Virus record (IMG/VR): IMGVR_UViG_3300016476_001273
Coordinates: 1 to 64,000 of that record
Origin: a virus
DNA: 64,000 bases
Reading direction: 5' to 3' (one strand)
Shown: piece by piece, positions 9,853-22,400 of the stretch
Numbering within the stretch: position 1 is the first letter of the stretch
How the letters are laid out: each line of letters begins with the position of its first letter
The notes under the pieces: generated by a model
What the model saw: only the letters and a program-made list of their open reading frames with translations
Database searches by the model: none
Told to the model about the DNA's origin: nothing
Made by a program: the position numbers and the translations under genes

Positions 9853-12800
9853 TTATATAAAACATGAAACATTATCTTCAAAATTATTATCATCATTTTC
9901 TTCTTTTTGATAAAAAAGAAATTGGTCATTTTTAAGAGTTGCGTATTTATAGTTTATAAAATTTACCCAATCTTTAATATCTTTTTCTCTAGCAAATTCT
10001 AATTTAGCTTTAAATATAGCATCCCAATTGGTAAATTCTAAAAAAGTCTCAGAAGATTTTGACTTATCATAGTCAAAAACATCAATACAAAGTGCTTTAA
10101 TTCCTATTTGTCGTACTTTCCTAACACCATCTATTATTTTTGATGTATAAGAACCAACTACTTTTAAATTTTTATCTATCAAATCATATTCTTCCACCCA
10201 ATTTCCGTTTTCTCTATTTACATTTATTATAGATATTCCTAAAGGAGGAACAATATATGACTTTGTTGTATAATCACCATGTCTCCACCCATTATGAAAT
10301 TTTATAGAATTAGGAAACAATTCTTTTATTTTATTTTCTACAAGTTGACCTTCTGATGCTATATAATCTAAATCATGTAATAAGTTTTTTGATTTTCTAT
10401 ATATTGTTCCTTGAGTAGATAATGCCGCTGAACCTGTAAGAGTAAAATAATTTTTCATTTTATTATGTATTTGTGTAGCTAAAAAATCATTTTTTAATGC
10501 TGTTTTAAAATCTACTAAAGCTACATCAGAATTATTATTAATATCTAATAACATTTCATTATTAAACACTTTTGTAGCAATCTCTTTTGCATATCTGTTT
10601 AATTGTTGTAAATCATTTTTATATTCAAATAATTGCAACACAAACTTCCATAATGTTTTAAATATATTTTCTTTTATTTCTTTACTTACAGTTGGTTCTT
10701 GTTTAATTAAATGTAAAGCTATAAATTTACCAACTGCCTCTACTTTAATTTTTTCAATATCTCCTTCATACGTAGAATAATAATCATTATATACTTTAGA
10801 ATAACCTTCCCATTTATCAATACTGTTTATCATTTTATCCATCTCAGAAGTGTGTTTTAGTAAAAATGTAAACATATGAGCAGCTTCTTCTGGGAGAGTG
10901 TCAAGAGATTCCCTTTTTTTGTCTATATATATAATTTTATTTAGTATATCTGTTACACCAATAGCGTCTATTTTATTTGTGTTTTCAAATTCTTTTATAT
11001 CTTTTACAGTTATATTATATTTTTTTAAATAATTCATTAAACGATTATTTAATTCTAAGTTTGCCTCTTCAACAAGTCTTTCTATTTTTTTTGTGTTATC
11101 GTATATGTCAACAAAACTATTTAATTGGAAATAATTTTTACTATTATCTTCAAACAGTTTATTATATTTTTCAAAATTTTCATCATATGATGCTATATTA
11201 TTTATAAAAACATTATCTTCAATTTGATTTTGATTAACAAAATTCTGAAACCCTTCTACATCTTGTTTACTACCTAAGATGTGGATTTGTTCTGGTTCAA
11301 ATACTGCATATTGAGTATCTGTATTTAAAGAATATAATTCGTCTGTTTGAATTCCAAAATTTGCATTAAAAGTTACAGTTTTAGTTTTAAAATTTTTCTC
11401 TGCTAATTCTTTAGAAGAAGTATATTCTGTAATATTTTCTAATATTACTCCATCATTATTTTTAGAAGCTTCTCTAAAAATATCTTTTATTTTTTCTCCT
11501 TCTTTACTTAATTTAATATAATCCAAATTACTTTCTTTTTTTGGATTTCTTATATTAAGAATTGCATTTATAACATTATTAGTTTTACCACTTGTATGTT
11601 TATCTAATATTTTTTTTATTTCCTCTAATGATTTTTCTAAATATAATTCAGCTCCTCCAATTTTATTGAAATCTTCTAAAATTAATTCTGAATTTGGCAA
11701 ATTTAATAAATCACTTATATTTTGAGCACCTGCTAATGTGTAAAATATATTATTTTCTATTGAATCATCTTCTAAGTTTAAATCTTTATTTAAATTGATA
11801 ATATTTTTTAAATCTTTTTTTTGAATTTTAATAGGATTCTCAGATTCCCATTTTAAAGCATTTATTATGTTTTTAAAAAAGAAAATAGCTTTTTCGAACC
11901 TTGCTTTAGATAAATCAAACTTATTTTCTTGTAATTTATTTTTACTTCCATGATAAACAATATCCTTCACTTGACTATCAGGAAATATAGTATCTAAGTA
12001 TTGAGAGTATTGTTCAGCAGTACCTATATTAGCTAACTCAGGATTAGAATCAAATAATTCTTCTACTCCAGATTTTATTTTATTTAAATTATAATTTTCA
12101 TCGAATTTTTCATCGTTGACTATTTCGTTTTTACCATCAAAATATCCAACTTTTCCTACAATAATATCATTTAAAGGTTTAATTTTATTTTGATTTTTTT
12201 CTATTTCAGAATTACTTTCAAATGGTTTAACTCCTTCTGCTGTTGATAAAGTTATATGAGGAAATTTATTTTTAGATAATGGATTATCTACTATAAGTAC
12301 ATCTACTTTATCAGTTGTTAATCTACCTATTATTCTAATATTCCTATTTTCTCCAACAGGAAGATTTTCTATTGTTTGAGGTTTAAATTCTATAGTAGAA
12401 TGATGGGAATATAAATTAGGATGTACTTGATTATATTTATTAGTTAATTCATTAGTATTAAAAAATATAGCTGAATAAACAACATTTTTTTGTTGATTAT
12501 TAATGTTTTTATTTTCTGAAGATTGTGGGTTTGAAGTATTAGAATTAAATCTTAAAAACTTTTCATAAGTTTCTTCATAAATACTAGGATATGCTTCTTT
12601 TTCTTCAGGAGGTTTTTTTGGTTTATTTTTTTGTAAAACATCAAATAATTCTTTTTGAGAAGAAACTATTGTTCCCATTCTAATTGTAATCAAATCATAA
12701 TCAAATGGATAAAGTCTCTTTGTAAGAAATAAATTAGGAGAATTATATTTATCTCTAAGCGATTGTAAAATTTTCATTTGTTTTTTTCTCTCCTTTGACA

Positions 12801-12963
12801 TCTTAGGAGAAATTGAATAATATCTTTTTCCTTCATATTCAAATGTAGGAAATTTTTCATCCTTAAATGTTTTCCAAATACTTAATTCAATTTGCTCTAA
12901 ATGTTGAGCAAATTCAGGATTATCTGGAAATTTTTCATAAAGATAATTTAATTTACAGTTCAT
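9853..12963 (-). CDS. Polyvalent ejected protein: 2H phosphoesterase + ADP-ribosyltransferase + zincin-like + nucleotidyltransferase
   Basis: 1036 aa. HST and HIT (2H) motifs; IVYHGS...DGVILENI...YAVFEPEQI (ART of polyvalent proteins); LPEEAAH; LTGSAAL...HDLDY...REKDIKD (Pol-beta-type NTase). Confidence 0.7.
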   Translation of the reverse strand: MNCKLNYLYEKFPDNPEFAQHLEQIELSIWKTFKDEKFPTFEYEGKRYYSISPKMSKERKKQMKILQSLRDKYNSPNLFLTKRLYPFDYDLITIRMGTIVSSQKELFDVLQKNKPKKPPEEKEAYPSIYEETYEKFLRFNSNTSNPQSSENKNINNQQKNVVYSAIFFNTNELTNKYNQVHPNLYSHHSTIEFKPQTIENLPVGENRNIRIIGRLTTDKVDVLIVDNPLSKNKFPHITLSTAEGVKPFESNSEIEKNQNKIKPLNDIIVGKVGYFDGKNEIVNDEKFDENYNLNKIKSGVEELFDSNPELANIGTAEQYSQYLDTIFPDSQVKDIVYHGSKNKLQENKFDLSKARFEKAIFFFKNIINALKWESENPIKIQKKDLKNIINLNKDLNLEDDSIENNIFYTLAGAQNISDLLNLPNSELILEDFNKIGGAELYLEKSLEEIKKILDKHTSGKTNNVINAILNIRNPKKESNLDYIKLSKEGEKIKDIFREASKNNDGVILENITEYTSSKELAEKNFKTKTVTFNANFGIQTDELYSLNTDTQYAVFEPEQIHILGSKQDVEGFQNFVNQNQIEDNVFINNIASYDENFEKYNKLFEDNSKNYFQLNSFVDIYDNTKKIERLVEEANLELNNRLMNYLKKYNITVKDIKEFENTNKIDAIGVTDILNKIIYIDKKRESLDTLPEEAAHMFTFLLKHTSEMDKMINSIDKWEGYSKVYNDYYSTYEGDIEKIKVEAVGKFIALHLIKQEPTVSKEIKENIFKTLWKFVLQLFEYKNDLQQLNRYAKEIATKVFNNEMLLDINNNSDVALVDFKTALKNDFLATQIHNKMKNYFTLTGSAALSTQGTIYRKSKNLLHDLDYIASEGQLVENKIKELFPNSIKFHNGWRHGDYTTKSYIVPPLGISIINVNRENGNWVEEYDLIDKNLKVVGSYTSKIIDGVRKVRQIGIKALCIDVFDYDKSKSSETFLEFTNWDAIFKAKLEFAREKDIKDWVNFINYKYATLKNDQFLFYQKEENDDNNFEDNVSCFI

Positions 12964-13456
12964 AATATTCTCCTATATGACTATCCAACAATAATAAAGT
13001 ATGTTTTTCTATTCCAAATGTTTCTAACATATCGACCAAAGTTTGAGCTTTATCTATTTCTTCTACTTGCTCTTTACAATATCTCATTGCTAAATCAAAC
13101 AGTAAATAATCGTCAGTATCTTTAGCATATCTAGCTAAAGATTTACATTGTTTACTTATTTCTATTTCGTGTTCAAGAGTTTTATTAATAATATCAGGTA
13201 ATCCTTCAAATTCATTTAAAGGACTATCTAATCTTTTTAATTTAGGTGTAATCCCAAATGAAAGTAAATATTCTTTACTCCATCCAGAATGAGTCATTTC
13301 TTCGTTAGCATATTTCTTATATAATTTAGAAAACATTTTAAAACCTTTGTCATCTAAATATAAAGACATTTGTTCATATAGTCTTGAAGAAAGCTCTTCT
13401 TGTTCAATTCTATATTCTAATAATGTAATTACTGATTCGTTAATTAATTCGTTCAT
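12953..13456 (-). CDS. ftnA: Non-heme ferritin
   Basis: 167 aa. Ferroxidase residues are recognisable in EQEELSSRLY, ANEEMTH, LEHE and KEQVEE. Confidence 0.88.
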   Translation of the reverse strand: MNELINESVITLLEYRIEQEELSSRLYEQMSLYLDDKGFKMFSKLYKKYANEEMTHSGWSKEYLLSFGITPKLKRLDSPLNEFEGLPDIINKTLEHEIEISKQCKSLARYAKDTDDYLLFDLAMRYCKEQVEEIDKAQTLVDMLETFGIEKHTLLLLDSHIGEYYEL

Positions 13457-13467
13457 TTTATTTTAAT

Positions 13468-16400
13468 TTATATAAAGTTACAATTTGGTGCATTATCATT
13501 AGATAATTCGTCAAAACTTTGCAAATCATTAGGACTAAATTTACTATAGTTAGAAGATGTATTTAAAACTGCTATCTCTTTCATACTTCTTGTTAAAATA
13601 GTGTATACAGAAGAAGCTTTAGCATCTTCTTTTACATTTTGTTGTCCTAATACATTTGAAATACCTCCATATATTTTTTCAAATCCATCTCCTTGAGTAG
13701 TATGACTACTTCCTAAATATGATTTTTGAAATACATTTTGAGAATAAAATCTATCTTTTGATGTTTTAAATTCTTTTTGATTACTCCCCAATTGATTTAA
13801 TAAATAACTTACTCCTGATTCTTCCTGAAAAGTTATTTTATAAGGAATTGCTAATTTAATAATAATTTTATCAGTATTAGCTTGTCTCATTATAAAAATG
13901 TTTCTTGCATTTATAGTATTCATCATTTCATCTTTACCGTCATCTTCGTAAGTATAAGTAGTATAAGTATTCATAAAATAAGAATACGCTCTTACTCTAT
14001 CTTGTCTAGTATATAATAAAATAGTTTCTAAAATAAGATTCATTTCAGGATTAATGTAAATACCATCTATTTTAACATCTTCTGGATTATTTCTTTTATC
14101 ATTAATATTTTTTGCTAGTTTACTATTTCCAAATTGAGTACTAAGAGAAAAATCATTTATAATATTATCAAAATAACTTTTAGAATTATATCTTTTTTGA
14201 ATTATATCTAACACTCTATATCTTGAAGTAGGTTTAAAACTTCCTTTTCCATCAAAAAATACTTCTCCGTTTAATTTAAGATTAAACCCTTTATCTTGTT
14301 TGTTAATACTTCTCATTACACTTAAAGCATAAGGATTAATATCTTCACTATGAATAGTAAAAGTACTTGAAGCTAAAGGAAAATTATCAGGACTTTGAAC
14401 ATAATCTCCAAATATAAAGTTTCTAATATTTTCTATTTCTATAAATTGAGGAATATTTGTTAATTCTGATTCTTTAATTGAAGAAATTCCTTTTTCATTT
14501 AAAATATTTTTTCCTCCAAATTTATCTAAATAATCATCTACTTGACTAAAAGGAATAGAATGATTTAAATGAGAAGTTGTTCCAAATATCATCTCCATAA
14601 AATTATCTCTAATCTTTTTTAACACGGTCATTGTATAAGGATTATCTATTCTATTATAATGAGAATAATATGCTTTTCTAGGGTTATTTGTTTTAAATAA
14701 TTCATTGGCATAATCTTTTAAAATAGCTTCTTCTGTATTATATACAAAAAGATTTCCTTGTGGCTTTTCTATAAGTCTTAAAAATTCTGTATAATCATAA
14801 GGGTTAGGTGTAAACGTTTCATTAACAGGTGTTTCAAGTCTTTTTTGAATATTCTTTTCAATTTGATTACCAATACTATTATATATCTGATTAAAAAATT
14901 CATCAGATGTTCTCATTATTTGTGTTAATTTAGAAGACTTATTACCATTTAAAATAGCCATAGTAATAAATCCTCTATTAAATCCTGATGATTGATTTAT
15001 AGGAGGAAGTTGTTTCATGTCCCCCAAAAATAACATAAAAGGAATTTTTTTATTATTTCCTACAACTTTACTCATCAATCTTTTTTGTAAAGCTTCTATA
15101 AATGAAACATCTATCATAGAAGATTCATCAAAAATAATAACATCTATATCTGCTCCAAATTTAGGTTTATTTCTTCTAAAATAATTTCCATCTGGAGATA
15201 ACTCAAATACGTCACTATTCTCTTTTGTACTTCCTACTAAAGAAGCATTAGTAAATACATTTCCTTCATCTACTTTTTCACTATCATACCCTAATGATTC
15301 TTGTAATACTGTAGCTGCTTTATGTGTTGGAGCAGAGAATACTAATGTTTTATGAGGATATTTATTAGTAATGTATTTTTTAATAGCTTTAGACAAAGAG
15401 CTTTTTCCTGTGCCGCCCGAACCTTGTAATCCGTACATATTATCGTACATTTCTTTCAAAACTTTCCCTTTATAAACAGCATCTAAATAACTATTATTAA
15501 ATGTAGCTTTTTCATCTGATTTCAAATAAGAATATTTGGTAAATATTTCATCTATTTTATTTTTAATATTATTAAAAGCTATTTGCTGTTGGTCATTCAT
15601 TAAATATACAAAATCATCATCTTCAAATATTACATCATTGCTAGGATTACTTCCTTGAGGAATAATTTTAGTTTTTTGATTTTTAAAACCGAAATTTAAA
15701 GCTGGTGTAGAAATATTCTTTGAAATATTTTCTAAATTTTCTTCTTTATTTGTTTCTGAACCTCTTTGATTACCTTTAATTTTAATTTCCATTACTTCAA
15801 AAGGAGGTAGATTTTTGTCATAAAAATGTTTATCAGATTCAGTTATTTTTTCTCCAGTTTTTTTAAATCCTTGTTTTTCCCAAAAACCTACAGCTTGTTC
15901 TTCACTCCACAAATAAATAGTTTTATCAGATTCAGATGCAATATATTTAACCATATCTACAATATCTTTACCCATTCCTTTATTTTGCATAAATTCAGGA
16001 AGATATAAACTAGAGAAATACCATTTATTTTCATTTTCTTTTTCTATAGTTACAGAAAGCCCTTCACCATCTAATCCAAAATATTTTGGAAAAATTTGCT
16101 TTTCTTCTTCTTCATTTTTAGCAAATTCCATTCCTTTTTCAAAAAACTTATTTAGTATTTCTAAAGGTGTAAAAATATTAGTTTGAAAATCAGACCAATT
16201 AAAACTTAAATTATGTTTTTTTGTAAACTGTTTTAATTTATTTACTATATCTATTTTTTCTTCTTTAGTTGTTTCTACATTTGGTTGATTTGTTTCTGTC
16301 CTATATGCTACTATTGGTTTGGAAGATTGAGTTATTTTACCTGTATCTATCCATTCTTTACTAAATACAATATTAAAAGGAATTTCTCCAGCTTGATTGA

Positions 16401-19400
16401 ACATTTCAATCATTTCTAATCCTGTATAACCATTTAAAGATTTATCAATAGTATTTCTATATCCTATTTTAAATTGTTTATTTGGATTTTGTCTAGCTAC
16501 TTCATAAAGTTTTTGAATATTTTTTACAATTTGTTCAAAAGAAATAGATTTGAATCCATTATTTTCTTTTACCCTTAAATCTTTAGTAGGTAAAGCATAA
16601 GCATTTCCTTGTAATCCTTCTCCTTGTCCGTAAATAGCTCCAAATTGTTCTTTTGCAATTTTAGCTGCACCAGCACCATGTCTTCCTTCAGGATTACTAC
16701 CAAATACAAATATAGTATTAGGTTCAGGTTTTATATTTCCTTCATAGTAATTTTGATTCTCAACAACAGGTTTTTTACCATTTACTTCATCAATAACTAC
16801 ATTTTCTGATATATTTCCTAATTGATTATAAATTTCTTCACTATTAGATAATTGATTTATTTTATTTTCTTCTTGAACTGTTTTTACTTCTACCGTATTT
16901 TCTACATTATTTTTATCACCTACTAAAACAGGTTCGTTATTAGAAAAATTAAAATTTTGATTATTAGAATTAATATTTGATTCTTTAGAAGTAACAGGAA
17001 CATTAGGATTTTCTAAAAACTTTCCTAATTCTTTCGCAACTTTTTCATAAGATTTAGCTAAAACTTTAATAAAATTAGAATTCATTCCTTCTCCTTCCCA
17101 TCTACTATTGGGAACTCCTATAATATGAGAAGAATTTTTTATAAATTCTAATCCTCCTTTCGCATTAATTTCATCTATAAGTTCAGGATGTTTTTCAAAC
17201 TTTTCAACTTGTAATTTGTACATTAAATTCATATCATGTTTTAAAGCTTGTTCTTCTGAAACTACTTTATTGTTCAATATTCTTTGTTTAGTGTTTACAT
17301 CAAATTTTGAAGAATTTTTTTTATAAATTGATTCTACATTATATTCTAATGTAGAATATTCACTAGGATTAGTTAATCTATTAGCTAGTGAATTATATTG
17401 TGTTTTATCTTTTTTTATATTAATTCCTTTTACACTAGATTGTTGTTCTTGTTCAATTTCTTTTATTTCATCTAATTTTTCAATTACAATATTCTTTTTA
17501 ACAGGAAGACTAATAACATTAGGTTTTTCTTCAACTACAACAGCTTCATAAGTAGTTTCAAGTACTTGTTGTATTTCACCATAATAATAAGCATATTGAG
17601 GTACTGTAACTTCTCTAATATTTCCGTCCTTAAACTTTGCTTTTACATTTTTTATTTTATGTAAAACGTTTTCTGGTTTATTAGTATCAGTATTAATTTC
17701 AGAAAAATAATGATAAAGAGGAAATTGAGGATATATTTTTCTTTCAGGACTAATTACTATATAACCTTTATCAACTAACCATGTTAATTTATCTTCAGAA
17801 AGAGAAGCTAAATCAGATAGTTTTATAGTTTTGTTTTTATATATATTTTTCCAAATTCCATCTTGCTTACTATTAGTTTTTCTTACATATTTTAAACCTT
17901 CTTTTTCTTTAACACTTCTTTCAATAGCTAAAAATGTTAAATATTCAGGAGTATATTTTCCTCCAAATAAAGAATTTTCAACTAAACCATCTTCTTCAAA
18001 TAAAAACATATCTAAACTTTTAGAATGGTCAGTATAAAATACAGGAGGAATTACTTTAGATAAACTACCACCTTTAAATGTCCACCCATCCTTACGAATA
18101 GAATAGTGAAATAACTTCCACATTAAATCTTTATAAGGAGTATTTGATAGTTTTGTATGTAAATCCTCATAACTTTCTAATAAACTAATATTTGTAGCTA
18201 TATCTCCTTTTATAAACGTAGGAGCATAAATTCTTCCTTGATTATTAGTTTTTAGTTTAATAAGTAAAGGATTTTGTTTAATTTCTTTCATTAGCTCCTC
18301 TTTAATATTAGCTTTTCCACTAATTACATCTGAAACAAAATCTTTCCATTCTTTTTCTATTTCTTCTAACGGTTTATTTGTAAAATTTCTAAAATCATTT
18401 TCACTAAAATCATTTCTTTTTTCTAAAAAACTAAAATATAATCTTGAATAAAAAAATGAAATCATTTTATCATTCATCCAATTTTTAGCTTCATCATATG
18501 TTGCAGGTTTAAAATTATTTAAAAATAAATATTTAAATTTTCTAAATTTTTCTCTTCTACTAATTATATTTTTATTTAACAATTCAGAAATATATTCATG
18601 TAATTTAATTTGATGTTTATAAATACCTAAACTTTCATTTAAATTTTTTTTAGAAAAAACTAAAGCAGATGTTGTTATATGATTATCAGATAATGTTTCT
18701 TTTGTTGTACTATTAATTTTTTCTTCTCCGTCTTCAAATTCCTCTAATGTTTTACCAAGACCTTTTTTTAAACCTATTACATATTTAGCAAGTCCTACTT
18801 CTTTAGAAATTTGTAACATTTTAGCAGCTAATTCTAAAGCATTAGCCTCAAACTTTCCTTCTTTTAAATCAACAATACTTAAAGGTGTTGTTTTATATCC
18901 TTTTTCTTTATAACTATTAAATAAATTATTTAATATCATTTCATTACTATAACTTAACTCTTCTGTTTCATCTTCTGTTTTAGCTATATTATCTTTTAAA
19001 TCTACTTTATTTAAATATTCTCTAACTCCTTTAGTATTAACTAATCTAATGGCAAAATCTAAGCTTCCTCCTAACATAAGAATAGGGACAACAATATTTA
19101 ATGCTTCAATCGTCAATCCATATTTAGCATTTTGTTGGTCTTTCACTTCATCCGTAGCAGCAGAAATTAATTCAGAAATAATATCAGCAATACGTTGTAA
19201 TTTAACATTTTTAGAAATATTAAAATTACTTAATGTTGTTTCTGTTAAAACATGTAGGCCATCTTTTCCATAAGGAGTTATATCTTCAATCGTAATAAAA
19301 CTTCTTAAATTAATATCTGCTTTTTTAGAAAACAAGTGCAATAAATTACCTACTACAGCTACACCAATATTCTTTTTCCCTGTTACAATATTTTTATGAG

Positions 19401-22400
19401 CAGTACTTTGACCTAACGTCGAATGTGTTGAGTGTTTAACATCTGTTGTAAACTCATCAACGTAAACTTCTTTTTCTACTCCTTCGCTTGTTTTCTCTTT
19501 TGTTACTTTTTTAAATAAATAATAAGGTTTATTATCTTTAATAATATATGCTTGTCTAATTAACTCTTTTAAATTTGTTTGTGTTGCAGGTGTAAGAGCA
19601 ATAGCTTCATCTTCAGTTCTATTTAAAGTGTGTTCGTTCATTAAAAAACGAATCTTTAAATCTAACATCTTATTATTAATAATAGGAATAATTAAAATTC
19701 CTTTTTCTTTTTTAAGTTTTTCAAAAACTTCTTCAGATGTAATTAATTTATTTTTTAAAAAAACAACATGAGCAACAACACTCTTAATATGTTTTCTTCT
19801 CTCATGCAATTCTTTTAAATCAGTTAAAATTTTTATAAATTCAAATTTTTCACTTTTAACATTTTTTAATCTAGTAATAATACCTTTTAAATAAGTTTCT
19901 TGAGTTTTTAAATTTTTTGCTAAATCAGAATACTCATCCTCATTTTCAATAATATTAGATATTTTTTCATTTACAAATTTCTTTTTTAAATTTTTTAATT
20001 CATTTTCAAAATCCTCTTGTGATTCTTTATTTAATTTAGTTAAATCATCTTGAGTTAATTCTGATATATTAGATTCTTCTAATATACTTTTAACAATAAC
20101 ATTCTCTCTAGCTTGTTGTTTTAAATATATTATTTCCTTTCTTATTTCTTCATTTATTTTTTCTTTATTATCATTATAAACTTTATCACGACCTTCTTTA
20201 CGAGATTCTTTTTTTTCTTTCTTTTTTCTCTCTAATAAAGAAATAATTTTATCTATTAATTGATTAGTTTTATTAAAATATTCATCTACATTTTCTAGCT
20301 CTTCTTTATAATTTTCTTTAATGACTTCTATAGCTTTTAAAATATCTTGATATTCTTCATTAGTTTCTAATAATTTATTTATTTGATTTTTAATAAATTT
20401 ATTTTTAGTAGTATGATAAAATTTATACATTTCAAATGTATCATGTTCTTCACTCCATACTACTTCTTCTCCATCTTTTTCAAATGTTTCTTTTCTATGA
20501 ATATATAATTTATCAATGTCATAATCACTTCCAGAAAGATATTGAATTTCTTTTGAACACATTATTGTGTTTCCATAATAACTAGGAATATTATCTACCC
20601 ATATTAAATTTATAGCTGAATGTTTATCTTGTGAAGGAATACGTATTCCGAACATTGCAAACAATTTTTCAAAAGGTAAGTTTTTTTTATATTTAGGATT
20701 AGGTATTAATGACTCTGCTCCATAATATTCTACACCTGTTACAATCCCTTCATTATTAAAAGCATAAACGGGTTTTCCAAATCTTAATTGGTCAATAAAA
20801 TATACATCTTCATTTTCTTTATAAATTTCTTTTAATTTTAATGTTAGTTCACTGTCATTTTTACCATTAAATTCGTCATATTCAGCTACATTAGTGAGAT
20901 TAGTTAAAGGACTTTTTTTATGTTTTTCTAAAGCAATTTTATATTCCGGGTCTGATTCTCTAATATATTTCCAAGAATAAATATCATTACCTTCTTCATC
21001 TTTATATTTAACAACTTTTTTAATACTATTAAATCCGTGAGAAGAAACTAACGCCATAGCATCTCCTGCTACTTTTTGTTGTAATACTCCTTTACTAAAA
21101 TGAGACATTAATAAATTAATAAATTTATCAATACTCAAAGACATATTTAAATTATACTTAGGTTGTCCGTTTTCATCTAAAGAAAATATTTCTAATAACT
21201 GGTCATCTGCTCCGCTATTAATTAAAGTTTCTTTAACTTTATCTAAAAATTTATTATATTGTAAAATTAAATTTTTATCTGCTATTTCATTTAAAGCTTG
21301 TTGAAAAGAAAATTCTACTCTATTAATAGATAATCTTCGCCATTCTTTCATCATTTCTCCAATAGAAAACTTTGTTCCATTTAAAGAAACAGTTACATTT
21401 TCATTCTGTTCATTAAGAATGATTTCTAACATTTGAGAACCGTCAATAATACTTTCTTTCCCTGCTGGGTTTTCCATTTGTTGTCCAAAAAAATTTGTGG
21501 ACATCACATTTATAGAACTATTCCAAATTTCATCTTTTTCTTTTTCTTTATATTTTAAATTATCAAATTCTTCTGTATATTTATTAATTGTGAGTTGTTT
21601 AGAAGCAGTTTGTGGTAAATAATAATCTACCCCACTGTTTTCCATTTTTTCTCTTAAATTGTGTAAAGATTCTTTTCCCGGCTTAGCTTTCCATTTTTTT
21701 TCTACATTATCATAATAAGAAGTTAAATCTTTTGTTAACATTACTGTACCTGTTTTAAAATAAAAATATCCGTCATATCCAACAGGTTTAATAACGTTAA
21801 AATACATATTATTATCTTTCAAATATTCTATATCTTCATCTGTTAAAACCTTTCCATCTTTTATTTTAAACAATATTTCAGATGCCTGTTTTGTTAATTT
21901 AGACATAGAATACAAATACTTAATATATGCTTCTACTGTCATATATGATTGAGCATCAGAACTATCAACAGTATTGTTTTTACCATCATCTGTTAAAGGT
22001 TTAAAAGAAATAACTCCTTCAGTATCATTTCCGACAACATAATTAATTTTATCAAAATTTTTAATTCCGGGAATTAAATCAGAATAAAACGTAGTGGCTA
22101 CTGAAAAAATAGCAGCATTTTGACCACCAGCTCTTTTAACAAAATCAGCACCATCATTTTTTACTAATAAAGCACTATCAGAGTTTAATAATTGATTTAC
22201 CCAAATAGTATTAAGCCATGAAGATAGTTCATCATTAATAAATTCATCGTTAGGTAATGCTATGTTTAAATTATTATATCTACTACTAGAAGGCAATAAT
22301 CCTTTTAAGCTTTTAACTAGTTCTTTAAATTCTAAAATATATTCATTTAATTGAGAAACTATTTCTTTTTTATAATTTCTATCTATTTCGTTTATATTTT

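Noticed and set aside
20509-20526. DYDID instead of DFDID in the RNAP active site as a novelty
   Set aside because: A conservative aromatic change with all three Asp residues retained.
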